Assembly (NCBI GenBank): GCA_964247055.1
Contig: OZ176055.1
Coordinates: forward strand, 1,426,001-1,490,000
Direction: 5' to 3'
From: Paragordius varius
Lineage: Eukaryota > Animalia > Nematomorpha
Length of the DNA: 64,000 bases
The notes under the pieces were generated by a model. It saw nothing but the letters and a program-made list of their open reading frames with translations, made no database searches and was not told the DNA's origin. A program made the translations under genes and the position numbers. Below are positions 25,589 through 38,107 of the stretch, piece by piece. Each line of letters begins with the position of its first letter. Position 1 is the stretch's first letter.

Positions 25589-27378
25589 AAAATGAATGTG
25601 TTGTATCCAAGTGTTAATAGCAGAATTTAAAAATAAAATTTCATTTTTGAAACTTTTTATGCATTAGTTAGAAAACTAGAAAATTAACACCTATTTTATT
25701 TTATGTAGAACAGAGGAAACTGTGAAAAGTTTGAGCTGATTTTTTTTACAATTCTGCAAAAAAGTTATTTTTGCATCCTGTGTAAAAGCCATGTGTGCAT
25801 ATAAAATTTATCCAATATTATAAAAAATTAAGCTATGCATTAAGTACGGGGCAAAACTACCCGTAAAATAAATAAAGTATTATTAGCAAAGTATCTATTT
25901 GTATGGGAATATAGGATTTTATTAAAACCACAGTATCAGGAAGGATTTTACCCCTAAGCGACTTCATATTTAATAAATACTTTATGATGTTTTCACCTTT
26001 TTCAGATGATATTTTATGGTAATTTCTTGCCCTGGAGCTTGATGTAATGCTAACTAATGTTTTGAAAAGTTGTTTTGGTTAAAATTTAATTATAAAATAT
26101 TTTTGTATGAGATAAGAAACTTATGATTACAGTTTTTTTGCATAGTCCTGAATTCGGATAGCTTCAAAAAATGATATCAAACAGTTGATAAACAATATGT
26201 TAAAAATATATGTGACTCAAAAGCTTTGCAAAATATATAATTTATATATTTAAACCATATTATATGTTTTGTCTGTTGTATTAGCAATTTTATAAAATTA
26301 ATAAAAAAATGGGGCAAAAAAGTTTAAGATAAGGTTTTTTACTTTTATATTTTTTTAGTTTTTTTGTATATGCGCCTAAAAAGCTAAAGAATTGGGTTTT
26401 ATCTGACCCATTACTAAAAATCACGCTTATGATATTGAAATATAAATAAAACAAGGGGAAACTACCCAAAAGATCATGAGGTGTCAATGTCAAAATATGA
26501 ATTATATGGCTGTTTGGGCACATTCTTTTATGAACATTATAAAAGTCAACTCACATTTTAGCCGAAATAGCAGATGTCATATAGTATTTGGGCTTAATCC
26601 AAAATACTTATATTTTTAAGAAATGTGATAAATTTGTGTGATGATGTTATATAGAAAAAATAGCCATACTTACGGACTTTATTAACATATCTCCAAAAAG
26701 ATTTGTAAAAATTACCCTACACTTATTTTAACCGGGGATTGATTGAAGATTCTAGTATATATCGATTTGTGACCCTATTTAAATGGCTTTATCATTACTG
26801 GATTAAGAATTACCCTCATATATGCAAATTTGGTTTTAAAAAAATCGCCTTCAACCATTTCGTCGTTTGAGTAAAATATTCTTCTTTTCTAGATACCACA
26901 GCTAACTGCTTATTTCATTTTTGAGCAGCAATATTTTTAATTTTAACTCATGCCCTTTTTGTTATGTCTAAAACTTTGCCCTTTAGGCCTTAAATAAAAA
27001 TATAATCCATTTAATAAATTTCTATTAAAATTTTGGGTTATCAATTTTGGTCTTCAATATATTTCATATAAAAATTATTGATTTTTTACCGACCTAGGTC
27101 GACAACTACCCCAATTTGTAATAATGCATAAGTGAACCTTATCTTAATACAATTTTTAAAATAAGACATGATCAATGTTAATTCGATTGGGGTATTAATA
27201 TGTCAGATTATTTTACTTATCATATTAAGCTTTAGGATATTAAACGCATTAATTATTAAGACTGTTTTCCAACCTATTTTTATGTCCACAAAATATATTA
27301 TCTCATACTGCTTCCCAAAGGGTATGACTTTATGCGCTTTCATACATCAGGGTTTTTAGCATTAGCACTCAGCATTTC

Positions 27379-28590
27379 ACTGTGTGCAAAAAAGAGGGTC
27401 ATTTTGATTTAACGAAAATTTTTTTTTCATGAGATAGCTTATGACCAGCGTATTCATTTGCCGCAAAAATTTTTATTTGTCGACAACCTAGTTTTTGAAA
27501 TATTGAGAGAAAGAAAACGGTCAAATTAAGGATAATTAAGGATAATTCAAAAAATAATGATAAAATCTGAAATATTATCGTTTATTATCATTTTAGGAGA
27601 TATTATAAATAGAAAATCATATAACTAGGGTTTCTATAAAATTTCAGGTCAAATGATGGCGTTTTTCTTTTATAACACTTAAAAGACAAAAAAATAAAAT
27701 AAAACTATCTTAAAATATTTTTTTTAATTATTCACTACCCATACTCACTATTAAAATCTTCACATTGATATTTTATTCAGTAAAATAACCTTCTAAATCA
27801 AAATAAAACCAAAAATATTGTTTTTTATTTTTGCATTTTTTTTTCATCTGGTTTATGAGTATATAAAAAATTTATACTGTTTTATTTTGGATTCTTACAT
27901 GATTAGAAATTATTAAGTTTATAATTTATGCAAAATAGGATTTAAAAGTAGTGGTATGTCATACAATCCTTACAATTTCCCGTAACAAGTCTGTTTTATG
28001 ACAAATTAATATTTGTATTGGGATTTGTACGGATTGTTGGTTAATATTCCACTAATTTTCAATCCTATTTTGCATAAATTATATACTTAATAATTCCCAC
28101 TCATGTAAGAATCCAAAATAAAACAGTAAAAATTTTTATACACTCATAAACCAGATGACAAAAAAATGCAAAAATAAAACAATATTTTTGGTTTTATTTT
28201 GATATAGAAGTTTATTTTCCTGAATAAAATATGAATGTTCAGATTTTAATAGTGAGTTTAGGTAGTAAATAATTAAAAAAAGTTATTTTAATATAGTTTA
28301 ATTTTTTTTGTCTTTTAAGTGTCATAAAAGAAAAACGCCATCTTTTGACCTGAAATTTTATAGAAACCCTAACTATATGATTATCTCCTAAAATGATAAT
28401 AAACCATAATACAGATTTTTGAATTATCCTTAATTATCCTTAATTTTCACTTTTTGTCCGATTTCGATTTTCTCTCAATAATTCAAAAACTAGGTTGTCA
28501 ACAAATAAAAAATTTTGCGGCAAAAATTCACTGGTCATAAGCCATCTCATGAAAAAAAATTTTTTCGATAAAAATTTTTTTGCACACAGT
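27379..28590. mobile_element. ~1.2-kb near-complete palindrome (foldback), possible Transib-like termini
   Basis: Arms align in inverted orientation from ACTGTGTGCAAAAAA/TTTTTTGCACACAGT almost to the centre (loop ~27981-28019). No coding capacity. Confidence 0.9.
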
Positions 28591-28719
28591 TTTTGTAACG
28601 TTGGGTATAATATCATCTTTAATGCTCCATCTTATATCAAAATTAAAATTTCCCTGAGATTAGCCAAAATCATATTAGTCACATGTTTATTTTTATCGGG
28701 AAATATCAAAAATTTATTT

Positions 28720-29600
28720 GTACATAGTTAGTTTATTTATTGAATATTTGATTATCTTATTTGCATCCGCCTTCATCATCATTTTTTTATTGTTCCCCCA
28801 AGGAATGGTTCTATGTTATCAGCATGCAGAAATATTTAAAAATTATGTTTCACGCCCTAATTCCCACAGTTGTAAACCACTGAGATTTTCAAGGAGCCGA
28901 ACTTATAAACTACACTTGCCATGGTCGATATATAAAACCACCTTCCTATTTCTAAAATAAGATTAATATTTGTATATTTAAGATAAAGAAAATTTGTTAT
29001 ATTTGAGAAATTAGTAGAAAACTCTGGCCCGGTACGAGCCAATGCCATCAGAAGGTTTCAGTTCTGTTTCCATATATGAATGGCGCCAAAATAATACTAA
29101 AGCAGTTACATATGTTTTGTTTCTAGGCTTTTGTGGTTTCTTTACAGAGTCTAAATCACATATTAGATAGATTGGTATCATACTATAGCCTGTGTAAAAT
29201 ATAAAAGCATTCGTTTCATTAAAGAATATATATATTATTCAAGCAAAGAACATATTCTTTGACTTATAAAATCTGAATTGTGAGCCAAATTACTAGTTCC
29301 TTATTCAAATTTTCGCATGTGAAACAGACATTTTAAAAAAATTTATTTTTATATGCAAGCGGTAGAGGTATTTTCGAAATTGCAGAAATAATATTTTTTA
29401 TGGGTCCCATAGTAGCGCGTTCCCTCTGTTGTTGAAATCCCATAATTAATTAGCTGTGCCCTGGGCCTCACTGTGACTTAGATACTATCATTAGTGAAAT
29501 GTAAAGAAAGTTGAAACGACATTTAATTGCTACCCAGCGAGCGGCTAAATTAAAGAGTTAGGCAAAAACTTTTTTGTGCGGAAATTACCAAAAATCGGAA
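28720..29600 (-). pseudogene. Highly decayed pogo/Tigger (CENP-B/DDE_1-type) transposase remnant
   Basis: Fragments appear in the expected order across frames: FNLAARW..KCRF, IFFNET, ELKP..IG...RVF, RKVVLYIDH, LQLWELG-VKHNF. Many stops and frameshifts. Confidence 0.35.
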
Positions 29601-31026
29601 TTCATACAGTCTCATAGCTTATTCGAGTTGCTTTAAAATTACGTTATGTTTGCGCTTTTTGATATGGAGCAATTAAAATGAAGTGAAAAAAGATTTAAGA
29701 CTCTTACACAAATATGGTGGCGCATATTATAGAGTGGACCTCTTCCCAGTAATTAATTAATCTTTAAACGATAAATGCCTAAATCCACTATTAGATTTAT
29801 CGAGTCTATCCAAAACGTTGCCTTAAACTCCAGATTTTATTTATGGTGGCCTATTTACATAGGGCCGAGTTTTAACGAGTGGCTTTAGAAAGCGCTTAAA
29901 TAGTTTGTAGCTTCATACTGGAAAAAACATATATCATTATTGTATACATAAGGTCTCGTAGATTTTCCAATAACTTTTTAAACGTCAGTTATTTTTAAAT
30001 GATGGCGTTTTTACGGAGGATGGAAGACTATTTAGCAGCTTAAAAAGCGCTTAACTAAATTTTTGTCAGCATATAATATACCTAAAAGCATATTAAATTA
30101 TGTCTCACCGGTTTTCCCACAATCCACTTCAGAGCCATGTTATTTTCAAAAAGCACTCGGTAAGTTTGAAAATACTCAAACCCACTATGATTTTACAGTT
30201 AGACGGATTCGTAAAATAAATAATAAATTTGAATGCACTTACCTGTTTTCAACGAATCATAAAGAAACAGTTTTTGTGGATGTATTTTTTAAAACTCCTA
30301 TTTTCACACGGGGGGGGGGAACGGCTTAACTCAGGTGCAAAGTATTTGAATTATAGTCGGCGCTTTTGATTATTAATTAAAATTTCGACTTTTGATTTTA
30401 AAAAACGCCACCTTTGCCGGTATTTTTCTCAAAATTAATATTTTATATTTTAATAATGTGGATAACAGAATATACGTTTTTTCTATTTTGAAGAAACAAA
30501 TTATAGCAGATGTGCGATGCTTAAATGATAACCTATCGTTTTTGTATGTAATTTGCTAAGAACAGTAGATAATAATCGATAAATTTGATTTTTAAGGCCT
30601 GTTTATTTCAATTATATCTTAAACCGTACCTCTATTCCATATTCATCATTTCTAACAGATGCGCCTTTTTCATTTGCAATTAATAAACGATATATTCCAA
30701 TTTAAAGATTTATAAATATAGAATGTAAACCAAATATATAAAACAATAAAACATGAATTTGCATTGCATCCGTTTTAGAAAATACACGAAAAAAGGTAAA
30801 AATGTCATAATTACTTTGCTTGCGTGAGTGAGAAGTGACTGCACATTTTTTCTATCCTTTTAATCGAAATGTCATTGTGTCTCTTCATTTTTTTATTATT
30901 ATGTAAATAAAAAATAGGAAAAAATATTACGCAAAACATAAATTTTTGTATTAATCCATCTATATATCATATTTTTTTAACCTCTCATTCGGTTTCATAA
31001 AAATTAATTTTGGAGCATATATAATA

Positions 31027-32733
31027 ATGAATTCTAAAAATCAAATATTTAACATTTCACTAATCGTAATACATTTTTATATTCTTCCTTCCATATTTGG
31101 AGAATCGTTGAAAAATAGCCAATTACAAACAAATCGTATAATTAAACTCCCCCCGTTTTTTGAAATTAATAAGGAATCATTTGATACAAATTCCTTTTCT
31201 CCCTGTATACCCAAAACTTATAAGTATGGGATAGTTTGTATTTGTAATAGTACATATTGTGATCACCTTGAACCATTGAATAATGCAGACTCCCCAAACC
31301 AGATAATTATTTATGAGTCAAACAAAGCCGGATTGCGATTTCATCAAACGTCCCAACAATTGAACAATTTACAAAAGGAAGCAAAAAGTGATTTTAATTC
31401 CGACCGAGATGCATACACCATAAAAATTGACCCAACTAAACAATATCAACGAATATTGGGTTTCGGCGGAGCGCTAACCGATGCGGCTGTTTTAAATTTT
31501 TATAACATGAGTCCAGGTACTCAAGAAAATCTTTTAGCCTCGTATTTTAAGTCATCCGGTCTGGGTTATAATATGATACGAGTTCCGATGGCAAGTTCCG
31601 ATTTTTCTGAACATAAATACACGTATGATGATGTGACAAACGATTACGACTTAACAAATTTTGCCCTTACGATTGAAGATGTGGATATGAAAATACCCTT
31701 CATAAAAAGGGCAAAAAGTATGGCCCCACACCCAATAAAACTTTTTACAGCACCGTGGAGTGGACCAGCATGGCTGAAAACAAGTAACTCAACAGTCGGA
31801 GGCAAGCTAAAGGGTGAACGAGAAATGAAAACGATGGCTATGTACGTAATCAAGTTTTTGGAATCCTACAAAAAAGTAGGGTTACATATGTGGGGCCTAT
31901 CACCTCAAAATGAACCCGTTGATGGATTGAATTCTCGTCATCCCTTTCAATCAACGCTATATGACACAAAAAACATGACAGATTACATGACAAACTATTT
32001 GTGTCCATTACTCAAAGAGTACAATTATCTGCCCAACAATCTCTCAGTTATGATTTTAGATGACAATATAGTTTATGCTAAAAAATGGGCCAATGACTTA
32101 TATACAAACATTAATGGTAGCACTGATTGCGTTTCAGGCATGGCTGTGCATTGGTACCTAAATAATTTTTGGAGTCAATCGGTATATGATGATATTCATA
32201 GCAAATGGCCTCAATATTACATTCTTAGCACTGAAGCATGTAGCGGGTTTCGTCCTTTTGAAAACGACGTCCGCTTAGGTATGTGGGAACGCGGAGAAGC
32301 CTATGCCAAAGATATCGCTAATAGTTTGATGCATTCAGTCTCGGGTTGGGTCGATTGGAATTTAGTGCTTAATCCACAGGGCGGGCCTAATTGGATCAGG
32401 AATTTCGTAGATAGTCCTATCATTTACAACGGGAGCGCGGATGAATTTTACAAGCAACCCATGTACTATGCCATGGGACATTTTTCAAAATTTATTTCGG
32501 ACAAAGCTATCCGCATAGATGTTGAAGTAGTTAAACCGCCTGATCAAGCCTCTGTTAAATGGTTTAATGTGGATCCTATCGTTACAGCAGTCGATAACAT
32601 AGATAATTATGTTGTAATATTTATTAATAAACAGTCGCAACAGATTAAAACTGTGATTCGATTAGACCAGCGAGAAATTAATTACACACTATCACCAAAA
32701 TCATTTGTTACAATGATCTGGCCAAAAACATAG
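31027..32733 (+). CDS. GBA1: Glucosylceramidase (glucocerebrosidase, GH30_1), single exon, 568 aa
   Basis: Signal peptide; animal-type PCIPK...IVCICNSTYCD motif; RVPMASSDFS; acid/base QNEP; nucleophile STEAC; WVDWNLVLNPQGGPNW; FYKQPMYYAMGHFSKF. Confidence 0.95.
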   Translation: MNSKNQIFNISLIVIHFYILPSIFGESLKNSQLQTNRIIKLPPFFEINKESFDTNSFSPCIPKTYKYGIVCICNSTYCDHLEPLNNADSPNQIIIYESNKAGLRFHQTSQQLNNLQKEAKSDFNSDRDAYTIKIDPTKQYQRILGFGGALTDAAVLNFYNMSPGTQENLLASYFKSSGLGYNMIRVPMASSDFSEHKYTYDDVTNDYDLTNFALTIEDVDMKIPFIKRAKSMAPHPIKLFTAPWSGPAWLKTSNSTVGGKLKGEREMKTMAMYVIKFLESYKKVGLHMWGLSPQNEPVDGLNSRHPFQSTLYDTKNMTDYMTNYLCPLLKEYNYLPNNLSVMILDDNIVYAKKWANDLYTNINGSTDCVSGMAVHWYLNNFWSQSVYDDIHSKWPQYYILSTEACSGFRPFENDVRLGMWERGEAYAKDIANSLMHSVSGWVDWNLVLNPQGGPNWIRNFVDSPIIYNGSADEFYKQPMYYAMGHFSKFISDKAIRIDVEVVKPPDQASVKWFNVDPIVTAVDNIDNYVVIFINKQSQQIKTVIRLDQREINYTLSPKSFVTMIWPKT

Positions 32734-33689
32734 AAAAACACACGTCATGTACCTGAATATCTTCAATTAACGGTTCTGATATATATTTTTAAGCATGATA
32801 GAACTATATATTAAATAAATATTTATGAATTTCATATGGGTTTTGTGCCGTTATAAACTTGACTTAATTTCGCTCAAAACCTTTATTCAATACCGCGCGT
32901 TCCTACTGCTATCTCGCTGGAATAAAGTTTTATTTTTTCCAATCCTAAGTCCAAACGGTTACTAAACCGGTTTTACAGGACACGGCGACGTGGAAAAAAT
33001 AAAAATGGCGTGAAATACATATTATAATTGAATATGCTAGAAACATTATAATACCTCTAAAGGCGCCCATCACAAATGTCTTCCTGGGCCGCAATCAAAT
33101 ATGGGTATAAAATATTTATCAGACGAACATAATTCAAAAATAATATTACCAATTTTTCCCTAGTTCGTTGCCAAAGTCTGAGATTCATTGAGAAGTTTTT
33201 AAAATATCCTTTTTCTAACATTTATTTTATAAATCGCAATAATATTTTTGCCAAATATGGAATTTCGTGTTTATTTAATAATTTTTTAAATTTTTTGTGT
33301 GCCGCAAATATAACGCGCATGCGTCCCGCATGTTCGAGCTGCTAAACATGCATAATAAATAAATAAGAATAGTGTTGTTTTAGCGATAATAATCATATGT
33401 TTATAATTACCTACAAAGCTTTATCGATTGAGTTCTATAATTTCAATTTTTACTGTATTATTACAAACGGTTAAGCAGACCCTTAATTTAAGTAAAAGCA
33501 TTGGTGACATATTTTGAGTGATAAAATGTTTATTGGTAGTATAGGGGTGGGGAGAAGTTGTAAACCACTTTTATATATATTTTATGCGTTCCTATCTATC
33601 TACATAAAATGGTTTTAAAAATTATTATTGAAAAATAATTTATTTAGAGAGTAAAAATGCAGTAATTTTGAAAATGTTTAATACATGGT

Positions 33690-34935
33690 TTAAGTATTTT
33701 TTAATGTAACACTCAGCGCAGTTTGTTTCAGTAATGAATGAGTTGTAACCTCTGATAGTGCCCGTGTTTTATAATTAAATATATGCTTAACATTTCGCAC
33801 ATTGTAATGGATGAAAAAGTATATGAAGGGGTTCAAAGCACTATTTATATATGATGTCCAGGTCACCAAAATAAATATCCATTCAGGGGCCCATTGAACA
33901 AAATCTGTATTATGAATCCAATCAATAGTTGATAACGTGAGAATTAAGCCAAAAAACGGAGCCCAACACACAATAAAAACTCCGACCAGCAATAAAATAA
34001 ATTTTATTGCCTTAGCATCTTGACATAAACGCATATGTTTGTAATCGCTTGGTAGGTTAGCCACATTAAAAAGTTCTTTTGTATGTTCATTCAGTGTACG
34101 TATCATTTTGCAACACAATCCACATATGATAAATATGGGAATGATGTATGAAAAAAAATGAGAATATAAGAGCTACCCCCAAATCAATTGTCATGTAACA
34201 TTTCTTATATTCCAATTGAATACGCCCCTTCCCTGGTTTAAGCTCCCAATATTTTACATTTTCATCTTTGGCTTTATTTTCAATGCTACTATTGATGAAT
34301 GCCAATAGGTTATTTTGGGTCTTAACAGTTTGGAAAAAACAATCGTTGGTAGTTAAACTAAATTTTTTTGTATGTGGTATTAGGTTAATACGTTGATTTA
34401 ATATTATCGAAGTCTGTTCTCGACTAATGCGAGAAGTGGTAAGGTTTAATCGATATATCGGGAAACATTTTGTGCACCCAAAATAGAAAGTTAACCCAAA
34501 CGCCGTGCATATGAGCCATAAAATCAAAATGCCCCGGTTATAATGACAAACGACTTTACGTTTTTGTAATCCATAACCAAATCCATTTCTCATCAGCAAG
34601 TATTGATCTACTGTTAGAAATACGACATGGAGCATACTAGCATTAGCTAAAATTATATCGAGGCATTTCCAAACCTTACAGGCCCGCATAGAAAAAACCC
34701 AAACACTCCAGGCATTATAAAAGACATCAAGTAATATTACTATAATGGCATAGAGGAGATCAGTGATGGCCAGTGAGAAGATTAAACGGAATCGTGGCAT
34801 ATTGCGGAATTTTTTGCAGCTCAAATAAACGATAATTAACCATGTATTAGCGATGACTATAATTAACCAAAGGATGAGCATGAGAGAAAATTTGGTGGCA
34901 AACATAGGTCCCTTCTCTATAATTTTGTAAACCAT
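33690..34935 (-). CDS. Divergent class A aminergic-type GPCR, single exon, one +1 frameshift in a T8 run (414 aa if corrected)
   Basis: TM2 SLAITDL; TM3 C..WKCLDIILANAS...DQY; TM6 FIVCWAPFF; TM7 WTSYINSALNPFIY. Removing one base from the run at 34151-34158 joins the two ORFs into TM5 FSFFSYIIPIFII. Confidence 0.85.
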
Positions 34936-35770
34936 TCTTTGTTTTCTGTAATGACTGCTTTTATAGAATATTTTGTTGCACGAAAAAATTATAATGTTTG
35001 AAATGAAAAAAATGATGCCCGAATGTCCGCTTATTAAAAGGTTTTTGGAATAGTAACATTGTAATCATATATATTACGTAGGAGAAATGATATAAATGGT
35101 TAAAAAGAAATCATGCTATCGATCCAGATATTTCTATGTTGATATTTAAAGGTAAATCGTGGTTCATAAATTATTTATTTATCCCAAGAGTTTAGTTAAA
35201 TTTTGCTTATTTTGCGTCATAAACATAATAGCCATTTATAAAGGAAAAATACGCCAATCCTGAAATTATACATAAGGAATGGCAAAACATCAATAATTAT
35301 TTTACAAATTAATTAACACCTTGGCGCTATTGAAAGAGATTTATAAATTAATTAATAATTAATGAGAATAACATTACAATGTATTATTTTTTATTTTTGA
35401 TAATTAGGGTAAAAATATCATTTTCCTTTTTTGGCACGTAAATTCGATATTACTATCTGTAATCAATATATGTGACATTAATTACTGTGTAAATTATAAA
35501 AATTCATTAGGATTATAAAATAATATGCAATAAATCAAAACAAGTCATAATCAATAATAATCTTAAATGAATATAAAAATGAATATAAATTTTGAAATTA
35601 ATTTAAATACATACATTTTAAGTCGTAGAAAGGGGATTAATAGGCATTCAGTATTCATTATGTGACTTTTAAGTAAGCCAAATCTACTAATTTTTATGTT
35701 AGAAATTTATAAACCTATATTGGAATTAAAAATTATTGTTAAAACGCTTGTTTATTAACACTTGGATACA

Positions 35771-36280
35771 AGTCCTCGGATTCAAATTGGGGTCTTTGGG
35801 GACCCAGTTAAAAATCAAATATATCTTATACTAAGGAACAAACCATTGCAAAAGTTTGGACTTATATAACATAAATGCCCCGAAATTAAAGACTCTAATG
35901 TAAAATAATCACTTTTTCTGTTTATATCAAATTTGTAAGTGAAATAAAAAATTAGCGTTAGTTTTAGTGCAAGAATCAACTAAACACGGTATTTTGGAAA
36001 AATGTTGTAATATAAAAATGGTCAAAGTAGTATGATATGGATTTTTTAAAAACTAATTTTTTTAAATATTTTGACTTTTATTAATATAAAGGCATAAATT
36101 TAAACTGAACCGTTTCTTACAATGGTTTTTTAAACTTAAATATAGTGTAGTCATTAGATAGTACAATTTTAAGTCTTATCAAGATATATGTTTTTTAACT
36201 AAGAAATTAGCTTTAATCTTAGCGTTAGTATCAAACATAATATTTTGCAAGAATGTTGTAAAATAAAAATGGCGTATTTG
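35771..36280. mobile_element. Partial (about one arm) copy of the 24581-25588 foldback family
   Basis: Shares GATTCAAATTGGG, GGACTTATATAACAT, GCATAAATTTAAA..G.ACCGTTT and GTAAAATAAAAATG in the same order as the left arm. Confidence 0.65.
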
Positions 36281-37149
36281 GTTTTTCTAAATTATTTGAA
36301 TAATATAGTCTATATATAATCATTATTAAATTAAATTAATACCATTCTATTCGGTATGTTTTAATAAAAAAAGGGACTGGAGTTTTTATATAACCCAATT
36401 TAAATTGAAATTTAAGGATTAGCTTTCAAATAAAAAAGTTGTAATGGGAAAATAAAAGCTTGGAAATCTTTCATAAAAATCAATTTTGTAAAAGAGTTCA
36501 TTGTATTTACACATCTAATGGTAGTGTATCAGGATCATTAAAAATATATAATCTATTCTTGCAGTGTGACAAATTTAAGATTTCTTTAGCCTTTTGAATG
36601 CATAATTCAAAATTTCCAAATATTGAAAATTTGTAAATACATTCTCATTTCTGTTCGCCGTTTTTTAAATTTTTTATAAATTATGGCTGAAAAAAATAAT
36701 TGACTTTGAAAAGCTTTCAAATTACATTTTATAAGATATTTGGATATTTATGGATATAAATAACCGCTGGAATTATCTGAATTCGGAACTATAGAAAAAA
36801 ACTTCAATATTCTTAAATAATATATCCAGAGAAGAGGGTGTGATAATTAACCGATAATTGATAAGCATAGTAGTTTGTTTATTTAAGCTTGGTAATCAAG
36901 AAGTTTATCAAAATGTTTGCATATAAAAAATGAAAATGTAATTAAGTTTAAATAGTACATATTATATTGGAGTGTTTTTTGAAATGAAATTATTATCTTT
37001 CAAAAATTTTTTATAAGGTGCGCTATTGGGATCTGATACAACAATTATTACGAAAATGTTAAAAACTTTTATAAATTATTCATCTAACTCTAAACAATCA
37101 GCATCATGATAATCATGACACGTTTTTATCACAATATTTATAATCATCA

Positions 37150-37715
37150 TAATATATTACCTCCGATTTGCACCATATTGAGTTACAACTAGGGTTGTTG
37201 ACTGCTTTTTCAAAAATGACCACTTTTAACATAAGTAATCCTGCGATATTGGATTGTGAAAATAATGTTCGAACCCTGCGTTTAATAAATGTCATGTTTT
37301 TTAAGTTTGTTTGTATTATACATTTTTTGATATTTATTATTAACAATTATTTTCAATCAAATTTATACAAGAATTTTTCGTTTTCAAATAAATTTTGCCA
37401 CATGTTGTGGCCTTCTGAATTTTCAAATACATAGCTTATAAAACTGGATATTTCAAATAAAATTTTACCTAGCTTATTTTACACTTTCTTTATCACTGAA
37501 ATATCCAATTATAAGATGTTGTTTCATTTTATTGGTTCAAATATCTGAAATAAAATATTTTTAAAAAACAATATATTTTCTTCCAAAAAAATTTACCAGC
37601 AATTTTTCAAACAACAGCTGTTTTTTTGATGACAATGGTCAAAGAATAAATAGTCACTAACCTGGTCATGAACCGGTCAGTAGACCGAATCATGACTTGG
37701 TCAGCACAACCCTTG
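37150..37715 (-). pseudogene. Possible decayed hAT transposase C-terminal (dimerisation) remnant
   Basis: MWQNLFEN...MTFIKRRVRTLFSQSNIAGLLMLKV loosely resembles the end of the hAT dimerisation domain, but the SERxFS core is absent. GCACAACCCT near 37705 is TIR-like. Confidence 0.25.
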
Positions 37716-38107
37716 TTACAAAATATATTATGAATCACCATCCTTTCGACATTTATATCCCCTTTAATTCATAAATTAATATTTCCTATTAAAATATTTC
37801 AAAACCACTACCTAACGACAGTTTGTGTATTTACTTTTTTAACTACGCTTTTTCGGGATTCAAAAAGAGTATCCCTAACGAAACCTAATATAGCTCTAAT
37901 TTAAAATTACCAATATATTTTAGTTGTAACAGATAAGACGAATATATGAATTGATAAAACGATATAATGCAAGAATATTCATTGAAAAATAGGCACATTA
38001 ATAATTAATTTATGGCTAATTAAATAGTACAAAAATATCTATATTACAATTTAATCTAATATTTTTACCAATATCACATATGTGTATATCTGTGCACTAG
38101 CTCCAAC

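Noticed and set aside
31644-31853. 69-aa minus ORF
   Set aside because: Antisense to GBA1 coding sequence.
7044-32733. GRAMD1 and GBA1 as a lipid-metabolism gene cluster
   Set aside because: Two neighbours with loosely related functions are expected by chance, and there is no shared regulatory evidence.
31027-34935. Bacterial HGT island or contamination explaining the two intronless genes
   Set aside because: Both proteins are animal-type (signal peptide and Cys motif in GBA; class A GPCR), and flanks carry the same AT-rich repeats as the rest of the window.
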